A program made the translations under genes and the position numbers. From IMG/VR virus record IMGVR_UViG_3300025684_000010: DNA of 64,000 bases, one strand, 5' to 3'. The stretch comes from a virus. A model generated the notes under the pieces. The model saw nothing but the letters and a program-made list of their open reading frames with translations. It was not told the origin of the DNA and ran no database searches. The stretch's first letter is position 1. Every line of letters starts with the position of its first letter. This document shows, one piece after another, positions 35,570 through 45,391 of this stretch.

Positions 35570-36393
35570 TTCTTCTCGTCGGAACAAGAAAATCAAAGTT
35601 AGCAATTGCCTATACTCAAAAAGCCCAAAAGCAAATTCCCTTTGAAACATCTACCTTTCTTATTGATTCTAAAGCAGATCTAAACCCAACAACATCTATT
35701 GAAGAAATGGGTGGTAAAGGAGTCTTCTGTAAGGAGATAGAACAGGCTTTAATAAATGGCTCGATAGATATTGCAGTACATGCCTTTAAGGATCTAACAA
35801 GAGATAACGATGACTTGTTAGAGATTCCGTGCGTACTTTCAAGAAATGATTTCCGAGATTGTTTGATTGGTAATAATAACAACCCAAGAACAATAGGTAC
35901 AAGCAGTCCACGCAGAATAGCGCAGCTAAAAGACTTATATCCTGCTTCTCAGATCATTCCAATACGTGGCAATATAGATACTCGGATCCAGAAACAAGAG
36001 AATGGAGAGTATGACGCGATCGTTCTAGCAAAGGCTGGAGTAGACGAACTTGGATATACTCACAAAGTTTCAAGAATATTTGGAACTGCTGATATGTTAC
36101 CTGCACCAGGACAGGGCGTAATCGCAATACAGATGAGAAAAGACAACCGTATGAAAGGTGCTTTATCTAATGTTAACCATTGGGATACTTGGTATACCTG
36201 TATGGCTGAAAAAGAAATGTTAAGAGTTATAGATGGAGATTGTCATACTGCCATTGGTGTTCTATCATACGTTGAGGGTAATACATTACACATGGTTGCG
36301 AAAAACTTTGAGACTGAAAAGTTATCAATACAACAAGGACCTAAAACAGAATACATAATGATTGGTTCTGAAGTTGGGCTAAACTTATTATGA
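35566..36393 (+). CDS. hemC: hydroxymethylbilane synthase (porphobilinogen deaminase)
   Basis: GTRKSKLA, GGKGVFCKE, DIAVHAFKD, GTSSPRR, RGNIDTR, LPAPGQG and DGDC (cofactor Cys) motifs. Confidence 0.9.
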   Translation: MILLVGTRKSKLAIAYTQKAQKQIPFETSTFLIDSKADLNPTTSIEEMGGKGVFCKEIEQALINGSIDIAVHAFKDLTRDNDDLLEIPCVLSRNDFRDCLIGNNNNPRTIGTSSPRRIAQLKDLYPASQIIPIRGNIDTRIQKQENGEYDAIVLAKAGVDELGYTHKVSRIFGTADMLPAPGQGVIAIQMRKDNRMKGALSNVNHWDTWYTCMAEKEMLRVIDGDCHTAIGVLSYVEGNTLHMVAKNFETEKLSIQQGPKTEYIMIGSEVGLNLL

Positions 36394-36414
36394 ACCTTGG
36401 AGAAACTGCCTGCA

Positions 36415-36439
36415 TAAAAAAGGCAACCCTTGAGTTGCC
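36415..36439 (-). terminator. intrinsic terminator
   Basis: ggcaac-6-gttgcc with an A6 run on the + strand (U-tract on the - strand). Confidence 0.75.
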
Positions 36440-36447
36440 AATTCTAT

Positions 36448-36615
36448 TTACCATCCGCTTTTGATTTTCGTATCAAAGTAATACTGTTTACATTCGCGAA
36501 CAGTTTCTGAAATTTCTTGTTCTACTTCTATTTTGCATTTCTTATTCAATTCGATCGTGTTATTCGTTGCACTGATAGTTCCTACGGCAAGAATAACCCA
36601 AAATACAATAGTCAT
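36448..36615 (-). CDS. small membrane/secreted peptide (55 aa)
   Basis: Read by eye: MTIVFWVILAVGTISATNN...CK...CKQYY...; SD GGAG. Confidence 0.55.
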   Translation of the reverse strand: MTIVFWVILAVGTISATNNTIELNKKCKIEVEQEISETVRECKQYYFDTKIKSGW

Positions 36616-36635
36616 GATTTACATTCTCCAAGAGA

Positions 36636-36665
36636 TAAAAAAAGGCAACCCCCGAAGAGGTTGCC
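36636..36665 (-). terminator. intrinsic terminator after gp23
   Basis: On the - strand, ggcaacc-t-cUUCGg-g-ggttgcc followed by U7. Confidence 0.9.
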
Positions 36666-36711
36666 CAAAGAATGTCTAATTAAAATTAGATTCTTATTAT
36701 TTTAACAAGGT

Positions 36712-38019
36712 TTAGAACAAGTTAGCAATTGTAACTTTTCTGTAATACACGTTTGCGTTAGCAGTAAGTGCACCAGAACCTTGAGCCGCGCCATTTGCGA
36801 ATGGATTAGATACCATACCATAACGGGTTTTGAAACCAATTTTTGGTTGGAAGCTATTCTCACCAACAGCACGAACCATTTGTAATGGAACGTATGGGCA
36901 ATAGAATAAACCTGCGTCGAATGCAGATGAACCCTTATAACCAACTACTAGGTAGTTAGCGCCTGCGAATGGATCAACATAAACACGGAATCTTCCGTTA
37001 AGAACACCAGCAAAAGTATTGCCACTGTCATCAACTTCTAGAGTGTTGCTGTTTAGAGCAGGAGTGTAATCCAATACACCAGCCATTTGTAAAGCAGAGG
37101 CTACGTCAGAAGAACAGATAACGATGTTACCTTTACCACGACGAGTTCCTTTAGCAATTGCGTTAGCTTCTTGCTCGATTTGGAACATTAGACCTTTGAA
37201 CTTCTCAACAGACCAACGACCGTTTGCATCAACGTCCAGATCAAAAGTACCTGGGGTTGCAGCACCAGCAGCACCAGCGACAGCAACTGCGTGGATTGTT
37301 CTAATAACTTCACGATTGATTTCTGAAAGGATTTCAGTCTGAAGAATATTAGCCAATTCAGTTTCAGCGTCGAGGCCGTGAACAGCTTTAAGATCCTGAG
37401 CAAGCTCAGTAGTGTATTCTGCTTTCAAAGCACGAGTCTTAGCAGATACAGTTACTTTCTCAATTGAGAAGGCCATTTCTGCGTAGTTAGATCCACCACC
37501 GTCGCCTAAGGCTTCAGCAGCTCCAGTTGCCATACCAGTACCAGTAGTAGCAGCTCCGCCAACAGCAGGAAGGCCGTTTGCGTGAGCACCAGCACCAGAG
37601 AAGTCGGTATCGGATTCGTTGTAAAATGCTTCTGCACCGGCTTGAGTACCATATCTTGCGCGCATTGCGAAGATGAGGCCTGTAGGACCAGTCATAGGCT
37701 GAACACCACAGATGTCATATGCAATCATGTTAGGAACCGCACGTCTTACCAATGAGATAAGAATCGGATCGTAACCAGCAACAGGACCTGCTGCAGTTGA
37801 GGCACCACTAAAACCACCAGTTCCGGCAGCGTTAACAGGAGCTTCTGACAATAGTGAAGTCATGTTTGCAGAAAGATCACCAGTTTCAGCTAGTGCGCGT
37901 TCTGTGTTCTCAAGGATAGTAGCAGTAACTGCTTTCCTATGAGAATCCTTAATTGGTGAAAAAGAATCGTGCCCTAGAATTGGCTCCCACTTTTCCACTA
38001 GTCTTGTATAGTTATCCAT
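36712..38019 (-). CDS. major capsid protein gp23
   Basis: LISLVRRAVPNMIAYDICGVQPMTGPTGLIFAMR, KTRALKAEYT.ELAQDLKAVHGLDAE and FQPKIGFKTRYG motifs. Confidence 0.98.
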   Translation of the reverse strand: MDNYTRLVEKWEPILGHDSFSPIKDSHRKAVTATILENTERALAETGDLSANMTSLLSEAPVNAAGTGGFSGASTAAGPVAGYDPILISLVRRAVPNMIAYDICGVQPMTGPTGLIFAMRARYGTQAGAEAFYNESDTDFSGAGAHANGLPAVGGAATTGTGMATGAAEALGDGGGSNYAEMAFSIEKVTVSAKTRALKAEYTTELAQDLKAVHGLDAETELANILQTEILSEINREVIRTIHAVAVAGAAGAATPGTFDLDVDANGRWSVEKFKGLMFQIEQEANAIAKGTRRGKGNIVICSSDVASALQMAGVLDYTPALNSNTLEVDDSGNTFAGVLNGRFRVYVDPFAGANYLVVGYKGSSAFDAGLFYCPYVPLQMVRAVGENSFQPKIGFKTRYGMVSNPFANGAAQGSGALTANANVYYRKVTIANLF

Positions 38020-38080
38020 TATGGATCTCCTTTATATTTAATTAAAATTAAGTTAAATAAACCAAATAATTAATTATTCT

Positions 38081-39034
38081 TTACTTCTTAGCGTTGAAAG
38101 CTTCAACTAGAGAATTAATAGAGGCGTAATCGGAAGATGGTTTAATTACTTCCTGTTCCTCTAGAATAATTTCGTCAGACTCAGATTGAACATCATGTTT
38201 TTCAACAAGAGGCTTATCACTAAAGAATGACTCCTTGATTACTGTTAGATTTTCTGCATAAGCATCAAGATCTACAACGTCAAGCTTTTCAGACAATACT
38301 TTCAAACGTTCTACCTGGTTTGCAGATAGTCCTTCTGATAGTTCGTCAAATTTTTGTCCTGCTTTGAAAGTGGCGATTTCTTTTTGTAATTCGATATTCT
38401 CGTTTACAAGATCATTAGCTTTCTCTTCCAACTCAGCTACATTTGTTTCTAAGTTTGCGACAACATCAACAGTTTCTTCTGAAACAGTAACATTGTGTTC
38501 AACAAACAAGTTCTTAAGACCTGTCATTAATGACTCAGCCATCTCAACCTTAATACCGGATTCGATTGCGATCTCATTCTCTGACATCCATTCTGAAACA
38601 ACGTAATCTAAATACTTATCGACATTTTCAGTAATAGTATCCAATTTCTCAGTTACTGCTTCTTCCAATGACTCTTCCAAAGACTTAGTTAGTTCTTCGC
38701 GGATTGTTTCGGTTCTTTTGTTAACTTCTTCATTTAAAGCGGCTTCAAATACAAGACTAATCTTGCCTTTGAATTCTTCAGATAAATCTTCGCCTTCGAT
38801 GATAGATTCAATTGAAGATTCGATAACGATTTCTTCAACTACTTCTACTTCTGCATCAACTTCAACTTCTTCAGTTGCTGGTGTTTTAACTTTCTCTCCA
38901 GCTCCTTTAGGCTCATCAGTTGTGGTTTTCTTTAGCTTATCCTTTTTGCCTTCACCACCCTCGGGGGTTACTGCAGCAGGTACACTAGAGACGCCATCAT
39001 CAGATACGAATGCTTCGTTATTTACGTCTGACAT
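38081..39034 (-). CDS. prohead core scaffold gp22
   Basis: LSEEFK.K...VFEAA and VDKYLDYVVSEWM.EN..AIE.G motifs; position next to gp23. Confidence 0.92.
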   Translation of the reverse strand: MSDVNNEAFVSDDGVSSVPAAVTPEGGEGKKDKLKKTTTDEPKGAGEKVKTPATEEVEVDAEVEVVEEIVIESSIESIIEGEDLSEEFKGKISLVFEAALNEEVNKRTETIREELTKSLEESLEEAVTEKLDTITENVDKYLDYVVSEWMSENEIAIESGIKVEMAESLMTGLKNLFVEHNVTVSEETVDVVANLETNVAELEEKANDLVNENIELQKEIATFKAGQKFDELSEGLSANQVERLKVLSEKLDVVDLDAYAENLTVIKESFFSDKPLVEKHDVQSESDEIILEEQEVIKPSSDYASINSLVEAFNAKK

Positions 39035-39095
39035 AATTTTCTCCTTTTTTAATTTGTTTTTCTACAAATAATAAATTTTTTGTATTCGACTGTTT

Positions 39096-39103
39096 TATTT
39101 ATA
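39096..39103 (-). promoter_or_regulatory. late promoter TATAAATA
   Basis: Exact consensus upstream of gp22. Confidence 0.75.
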
Positions 39104-39108
39104 AAAGA

Positions 39109-39792
39109 TTAATTTTTCAAAGTACGGATAAAGTTCTGGAACATTCCAGCAGCCGCGGCTTCGTCAATAGTCTTTGTTACAGTCCTATATTGTTTTTCTA
39201 CCTTCTGCTGGATTTCTTCGACCATTTGAGTGGCTCTCCAATTTCCAGAAGCAATATCGTAGTAATACTCTACGTTCTCCATGATTCCATTTACGAACGC
39301 ATTTGGTGCAGAAGGGTCAGTAACAATATCAACAGTAGAGAGGTGAAAGTCTTTTTGAACTTCCATTACTCCATCTCTACCTGCCTTGACTGAACCAAGA
39401 CCACGTGTCGAAACACCGATCTTAACGCCTTCATCTAATAGGCTTTTAACGATTTCCCCCATAGGTGTCGATAAGATTTTAGCCTTACCGTAAAAATCGT
39501 TATCTTCACGTCTCATTTCTGTAATCAGATGTGAAACGCGATCTCCGTTGATCTGGGGACCATCAGGATGACCTAATTCTCCAAGAGCACGCTTAGTTTG
39601 AATGAATTCTTTGTTGTATCTATTCATTTCATTTTCTAACGTGGCACTTGGATAAATTCTTCCATTGCGATTTTTTAGATCGCCTTGCATGAAAATTCCT
39701 TCAATAAAGTAATTCTTTTTACCGTCTTCTTTAGCTTCGGTAATTACTTCTACGGAATCTTCCCTATATTCTGTTATTAAGTTTAAATTCAT
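39109..39792 (-). CDS. prohead protease gp21
   Basis: IEGIFMQ...NRNGRIY, ALGELGHP, GVSTRGLGS and DIVTDPSAPNAFV motifs. Confidence 0.96.
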   Translation of the reverse strand: MNLNLITEYREDSVEVITEAKEDGKKNYFIEGIFMQGDLKNRNGRIYPSATLENEMNRYNKEFIQTKRALGELGHPDGPQINGDRVSHLITEMRREDNDFYGKAKILSTPMGEIVKSLLDEGVKIGVSTRGLGSVKAGRDGVMEVQKDFHLSTVDIVTDPSAPNAFVNGIMENVEYYYDIASGNWRATQMVEEIQQKVEKQYRTVTKTIDEAAAAGMFQNFIRTLKN

Positions 39793-39803
39793 AATAGTTT
39801 CCT

Positions 39804-40055
39804 TTATGTGTAGTGAGCAACGCCAACCATTAATACTGAAGTGGCGGCGGTTAAGGTATCTGTTGAATCTTTCTTAACAAACGATTGCCCAGAACCAGCA
39901 GTAAATGTACCAAGAACATCTCCGCCAACATTCTTATGAGTAATAAGTATACCTGCAGCAGTTGCGTTAAACAATCTAACGAGAGTTGCTGAACCAATAT
40001 TATCAGCGGTTGTTACTGCAGCTTCAGTACCTTTAACTTTAATTATACTTGGCAT
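39804..40055 (-). CDS. conserved small head-region protein
   Basis: Lies between the core gene and gp21; beta-rich. Confidence 0.6.
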   Translation of the reverse strand: MPSIIKVKGTEAAVTTADNIGSATLVRLFNATAAGILITHKNVGGDVLGTFTAGSGQSFVKKDSTDTLTAATSVLMVGVAHYT

Positions 40056-41179
40056 TATACGTTCTCCTTCGCAAATTCGAGGATTTCATTGTAGCCTGCT
40101 TCATCAGCAACCAATACACTATACATTTCTTTTGTATTTGTTTCTGTTAGTTCACTGAACATTTTATTTAAAACAGTTGCATCTTCTTCTGATACTTCCA
40201 TTACTGTTTCGTTTTGTAATTCAAATGATCCTGCTTCAATTGATTCGTATTGCTTTGACGCTTTATACATCTTTGAAGCTGATAGAGGTTTACTGTTAAC
40301 CATTTGATCGCCTTTAGCATAAGCATATAATGATTTAACATTTGAGAATACTTCAGCTAATTTATTCTGCCACCATTCTTCAGGATCTTGTCCTGAAGTT
40401 TTAAGGTAATCTCCAATCTCTTCAGAAGCATAAGTAATGAAGTGTAGCTGTTTCATCATCATAGGAATTTCTTGCTGGGGACTCTCAAGCAATTCTTCCT
40501 CTGTTGAAACTTTACTTAACATTTCTTTAAATGTCATTGATAGAGTTTTACCATTACTGTCTTTGATAGTAACTTGTGTTGGTGAAGGTTTAGGCTTATT
40601 AATTGGCTTTGCTTCAGGTTCTAAAGAATCCTTATTATCCTTTGCATCAACTTTATCTTCTTTAGTTGTTGCTTTCGCAATAGGTTTCTTTTCTGCCTTT
40701 ATTGTACTCTCTGCAACGTTACAGTCACAATGTGGACAATCAGATTCGCAAACGCAATCTTCAGCTTTAACATCAGAACCACAACACTTGTCTGAACAAA
40801 AACCAGCAGCTTCTTCCATATCTTCGCTGTCATCTTTCTTGGCTTCTTTCTTTTTATTGACTCCAAGTATTTCAGTAATGGATTTCTTAACGATATCTTT
40901 TTCTTCATTCTTTACATCGTCAATATCTTTGCCATCACCTGTACCGCGTTGAGGTAGTGTTTGCGCTGTTTTCTTTTTATAAGCCTTATCGTAGTTTTCA
41001 TCGCCTTTCTGGTCAGCTGGTCTTGCAGCCTCTCCTTTACCAGGTATCTCTCCAGTGAAAACGTGATCAGGCGCAACAGGATGAGGGATTACCTCGATCG
41101 TATGTTGATCCTTAAATCGTTTTTCTTCTGGAGCCACTGGTTGGGCAACTTCCGAAACTAGATCTTTAAAATTTTTCAT
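40055..41179 (-). CDS. prohead core protein (gp67/gp68 position) with a Cys-rich insert
   Basis: Starts MKNFKDLVSE; highly charged; position after the portal gene. Confidence 0.6.
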   Translation of the reverse strand: MKNFKDLVSEVAQPVAPEEKRFKDQHTIEVIPHPVAPDHVFTGEIPGKGEAARPADQKGDENYDKAYKKKTAQTLPQRGTGDGKDIDDVKNEEKDIVKKSITEILGVNKKKEAKKDDSEDMEEAAGFCSDKCCGSDVKAEDCVCESDCPHCDCNVAESTIKAEKKPIAKATTKEDKVDAKDNKDSLEPEAKPINKPKPSPTQVTIKDSNGKTLSMTFKEMLSKVSTEEELLESPQQEIPMMMKQLHFITYASEEIGDYLKTSGQDPEEWWQNKLAEVFSNVKSLYAYAKGDQMVNSKPLSASKMYKASKQYESIEAGSFELQNETVMEVSEEDATVLNKMFSELTETNTKEMYSVLVADEAGYNEILEFAKENV

Positions 41180-41211
41180 ATTTAGTCCCTAATTTAATTT
41201 ACTCTATACTT

Positions 41212-41219
41212 TATTTATA
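41212..41219 (-). promoter_or_regulatory. late promoter TATAAATA
   Basis: Exact consensus. Confidence 0.7.
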
Positions 41220-41220
41220 T

Positions 41221-42738
41221 TCAGTAAGAATCATCTTCTGCGTGTCCGCCAAGTGCCTTTTCGTCAGATATTTGTTGTTCCATATCTGAAGCTTGTTCTT
41301 CGGTCATTTGTAACACGTTTGTCGTAATCCACTGATGAGAGAAATACTTGCCTGTATAATCAGTTATATCTCTGAGAGTATTTAATCGTTCTCTCAAAAT
41401 CTCAGCTTCCTTCAACTCTTCAAAGTAATTATCCTTAACAAAGTCGTAACGAAGATCATTTCTAATTTCGTTAAACTCTTCAGGTGTTAAAATACCTTTG
41501 AGTATCAATTGCTTTTCCAGTACCATACTGAATATCCAAGAAAAGCGATTACGGATCCTTCTAATAAATTTACCAAACTTCAGTTCATCTCGAGTAATCT
41601 CAGATGTTCTACCAAAGCTTGCCATGGCCTCCGGCTCTAAACGAGATAAGGGTACTTTCAACGCTTTAAATAATTTTCGTTGAAAATACTCTAAGTTTTC
41701 GTTACTGCTCAATCCTGGTGCAGAACCTCCTGCGAGAGTATCAACTTCTGTTGATCTTTCTCCACCACGACGAGGAAACCAAAAATCTTCTGTCATTGTT
41801 AACATTTTTCTTGAATCAGTAATTTGTCCTGACTCTGAGTTGTATTGTAACTTGTTCTTATGTCGAGCCATCATATCTCTAAGATATTGCTCTGCCTTGT
41901 TCTTTGGCAAGTTACCTACATCTATATAAAAAATTCTTCTTTCCGGTGCTCTTGTTAATGTATAAATTACAACAGCATCTTCTAACATTCTTAACTGGTT
42001 TAAAGCTTTACTTGCTGGATGCAAATGAGATAGAACTAAACTATTGTTCTCATTCATCAATCCCGAAGTAACTCGAGCAATAGAATCCTTTGATATCTTA
42101 ATTCCAGTTGTACTACTGCCACTTGCTCCTGTACTTGTATTCTGAAACCCTGATTCTGAATACATGTAATACTCATTCTTAATCTTCTTAACAGATATTC
42201 CTGAATGAGGATCTTTTTGCTTCTTATCAACTTCTCGTATTAACTTTAACTTACGAGGGTCAACGTATCTTAATTCTATTATACCCTTCTTAACATCTTC
42301 AGGGTCAATTATAATATGATAGTTTAATCTTCCATCAACATAAAACTTTTGAAACATGTCATACGAGTTATTCGTAAAATCAAATAATGCAAGTACATTA
42401 TCAAATTCCTTTACGATAGATTTTTTAATCTTATCTGATAGATCTGTTTCTCCTAACGAGATATCAACAACTCTATCATTCGTATCAACACTAATTGCTT
42501 CATTCACAACGTCATCAATTGCCTGACTAATTTCAGGCTGCATTGCCATTGAACGATATTTAGTAATAAGGTCGGATTCCGTTTTAGCGGAACCTTCCAT
42601 ATCTAATATCGTATTATAAAAACCACCAAGAGCATTACCAACGGTAATCGCTCCATCATCATTAGAGGGTTCGGCGAAACTAACTGGTAATGTAGTCTCC
42701 TCCTCAGCCCTCTTTATATCAAATCCAAAAATTTTCAA
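41221..42738 (-). CDS. portal protein gp20
   Basis: LRMLEDAVVIY..TRAPERRIFYIDVGNLPK.KAEQY and EDFWFPRRGG motifs. Confidence 0.97.
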   Translation of the reverse strand: MKIFGFDIKRAEEETTLPVSFAEPSNDDGAITVGNALGGFYNTILDMEGSAKTESDLITKYRSMAMQPEISQAIDDVVNEAISVDTNDRVVDISLGETDLSDKIKKSIVKEFDNVLALFDFTNNSYDMFQKFYVDGRLNYHIIIDPEDVKKGIIELRYVDPRKLKLIREVDKKQKDPHSGISVKKIKNEYYMYSESGFQNTSTGASGSSTTGIKISKDSIARVTSGLMNENNSLVLSHLHPASKALNQLRMLEDAVVIYTLTRAPERRIFYIDVGNLPKNKAEQYLRDMMARHKNKLQYNSESGQITDSRKMLTMTEDFWFPRRGGERSTEVDTLAGGSAPGLSSNENLEYFQRKLFKALKVPLSRLEPEAMASFGRTSEITRDELKFGKFIRRIRNRFSWIFSMVLEKQLILKGILTPEEFNEIRNDLRYDFVKDNYFEELKEAEILRERLNTLRDITDYTGKYFSHQWITTNVLQMTEEQASDMEQQISDEKALGGHAEDDSY

Positions 42739-42758
42739 AATATCATCCTATATTATAA

Positions 42759-43292
42759 TTAACTAGTAGGAATTCCGGTGCTACCCTCTACCATCCAAAG
42801 ATCGTAGCTAAACGTAACATCGAATGTTTGTATCCCATCAGTATCCCAATCCATTGTTTGAGCAGCAACACTAGTAGGGAATAAACCTTCAAACTTGTAA
42901 GTACGTAATGGTTCACCATTTTTACTATACTGCGTAATTAACGCGTTTGATTTATAATCCTGTGGCAAGCCACTCAAGTTACTATCATGTGAAACAATAC
43001 CATTCATCCAAGCTTCCATTGCATTTCTGACTAAGAAATCTTCGTCGTTAATGATTGTAACTGTCCAACTGTCAAATGATCTTGCTCCCGCATACTTAAC
43101 AGCACGACCGAAGTAATTAATTGTGTCAATTGACGCAATAGTACTAGCAGGTAGCGAAGAAGCCTTTGCCATAAATGGAACTTTGAAATCAGCTGTAGAA
43201 TCAACAGGGTTTAAGATTTGCACTTGGAAAAGATTGCTACGAGCGCCACCACCAGTTAACTGGGATTTGAACTCATTTATATTAAATGCCAT
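42759..43292 (-). CDS. tail tube protein gp19
   Basis: GGARSNLFQV, YFGR.VKYAG.R.FD.WTVTI.NDEDF and FDVTFSYD motifs. Confidence 0.95.
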   Translation of the reverse strand: MAFNINEFKSQLTGGGARSNLFQVQILNPVDSTADFKVPFMAKASSLPASTIASIDTINYFGRAVKYAGARSFDSWTVTIINDEDFLVRNAMEAWMNGIVSHDSNLSGLPQDYKSNALITQYSKNGEPLRTYKFEGLFPTSVAAQTMDWDTDGIQTFDVTFSYDLWMVEGSTGIPTS

Positions 43293-43321
43293 TCTTTTTC
43301 TCCTTTATTTAAAATTATTTA

Positions 43322-45307
43322 TTAAGTTAGTGATCCAACAATTTCTTCGAACTCAACACCCGATCTTGTAGCAACAAAGGTTAACTCAATCACATTGATT
43401 GAACGTGCAGGCTTAATAAAGATATTAGCCCTGAACTTACCTGAGTCAATTACTGATGGAGTATTAACTGTTGTATCAGAAACAACTCTGAAATCAACGA
43501 TTCCTCGCTTACCTTGAATGTCTCTTAAGAATGGTTCAACGATTCCTTTGAATTGCGCTTGAGTAAACTCGTCGTTCAATTCAAACAAGAATGATTCTGC
43601 AGCATTGGCAATTGCCTTTTCTACTGCAATAAACAATCTTCGAACATTGATACTATCAAAAGCACTGTTGCCGCCTAATCCTGTCTTATCACCGAATAGG
43701 ACAACTCCTCTTCCTGATTGAGCCATTACTGGGTTAACTTCATTGCTATATAGTTGATCTCTCTGAGCCTTATTAGGATTAAAGGCAAGTTTGACAACGT
43801 TCTTAATAACACCCTTACGGAAACCAGCTGGAGATTCAAAAGGTTCAACTCTTGAAGCAAGACCTGCTATATCACCGTTAAGTGGAGTATATCTATATAC
43901 ATCGTTATATCTGTCGTATCTGTACTTATAACCTGAATCAATTACAGAGTAAGAAGAATTTGGTAATCCATTCTTAAACGCAATTATATTAGCAAGTTTA
44001 GCTTCAGATTTGCTTTCGTCAACAACATCTGATTTAGCAGGACTGATAAATGCAATTGCGTCTTTTCTGTATTCAGCAATATTTGAGATCAGATATGTAC
44101 CTAGGTTACCGGTATCATCAGATTTACCACCAAGTACGAATGAAACATCAATTTCGTTAGATGCCTTAAACAAATCGTAACCAGGTGCAAGATCCGCTAG
44201 AGTTGCTAGTGATTCAGATCTTCCGTCTGTACCGACGTTTGAACTTGTTATTGCTGTATTACCTGAAACACCCAAGTTAGTACCCAGTCTTTCATATGTA
44301 CTTGCCTGAGCAGAAGCTTCGAAGTGAGCGGTATTTGCTACCTTAACCCACGAAGACTCTTGTTCAATTGCTTCTTTGTAGTAATTTGTTTTACCACTTG
44401 GTAGCTTAGCTGATGGGCTAACTGATACATCGCTGTATAATTCTAATACCGATCCAGCTGTACCACTGATTGCGCCATCTGCATCAAGAACTGCAATATG
44501 ATAGTTTGCAGCTGCAGGTGCTTTTCCGAATAAATTGCCATAAGCCCATTTTCTTGTAATGGAAAGCTTATTTAAATTAGTTTCAGCCAATAGGTATTTA
44601 CCACCTAAGGATAATGTATGATGAATTGCAGTTGTAAGAACTGTGTTTGCTGTTGGATCTCCCAAGGAATCTCTTGATTCTTTGGTTACTGCATTAACAA
44701 CAATTTCTTGATATCCTACTGAATCGTTACCGATAGTAATGATATCACCGCTTTCTATTGATGTTATTTCGTTTGATGGTAGGACTTCGAATGCAACATT
44801 TGCTGAGTTAAAACTAACTGTTTGAGATGTTGCTTGCTGTACGACACTGCCAGTAATTCTCGTAGCAGGAATTTCTCCTACTGTAATTTCTGTATTGGTA
44901 AAGTTGCTACCCTTAACATATGCTATTTCTAATGAATTACCTAATGCACCTGGGTACAAGGCATCGAATGCTCCGTACGTAGTAAATGTTGGGTTAATGT
45001 CGTTATTTGCATATCTCTGAATATCGGTTGAGGAAGCGGTGACTGCTCCGTTATCAACTCTTGCTACATATAATGCATTTGCGTATGAAAGGTAATCTGC
45101 TCCGACAAAAAATGTTTCATAGTTATCAGCGCCTGGAGTACCAAACCTTGAAACTAATTCATTTTCTGATGAAACGAGAACTGCTTCACCTACAGGACCC
45201 CATCTAAACACACCGGCCATTGCTGCAGGTGGTGTCGCGATGGCAGGAACCGATGCTGATGCGTCCACCTCTCTAACAATTACGGAAGGACTTACGGAAA
45301 AAGCCAT
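43322..45307 (-). CDS. tail sheath protein gp18
   Basis: SPSVIVREVD, F.WGP, SPAGFRKG, GDKT, INVRRLFI and IKPARSINVIEL motifs. Confidence 0.97.
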   Translation of the reverse strand: MAFSVSPSVIVREVDASASVPAIATPPAAMAGVFRWGPVGEAVLVSSENELVSRFGTPGADNYETFFVGADYLSYANALYVARVDNGAVTASSTDIQRYANNDINPTFTTYGAFDALYPGALGNSLEIAYVKGSNFTNTEITVGEIPATRITGSVVQQATSQTVSFNSANVAFEVLPSNEITSIESGDIITIGNDSVGYQEIVVNAVTKESRDSLGDPTANTVLTTAIHHTLSLGGKYLLAETNLNKLSITRKWAYGNLFGKAPAAANYHIAVLDADGAISGTAGSVLELYSDVSVSPSAKLPSGKTNYYKEAIEQESSWVKVANTAHFEASAQASTYERLGTNLGVSGNTAITSSNVGTDGRSESLATLADLAPGYDLFKASNEIDVSFVLGGKSDDTGNLGTYLISNIAEYRKDAIAFISPAKSDVVDESKSEAKLANIIAFKNGLPNSSYSVIDSGYKYRYDRYNDVYRYTPLNGDIAGLASRVEPFESPAGFRKGVIKNVVKLAFNPNKAQRDQLYSNEVNPVMAQSGRGVVLFGDKTGLGGNSAFDSINVRRLFIAVEKAIANAAESFLFELNDEFTQAQFKGIVEPFLRDIQGKRGIVDFRVVSDTTVNTPSVIDSGKFRANIFIKPARSINVIELTFVATRSGVEFEEIVGSLT

Positions 45308-45370
45308 ATTATTCTCCTTTAATATTATCTAATTAAATCTTTTGTTACTAATTAATAGTTATCACAGTTT

Positions 45371-45378
45371 TATTTATA
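45371..45378 (-). promoter_or_regulatory. late promoter TATAAATA
   Basis: Exact consensus upstream of gp18. Confidence 0.75.
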
Positions 45379-45391
45379 AAAGTTTCTATAT

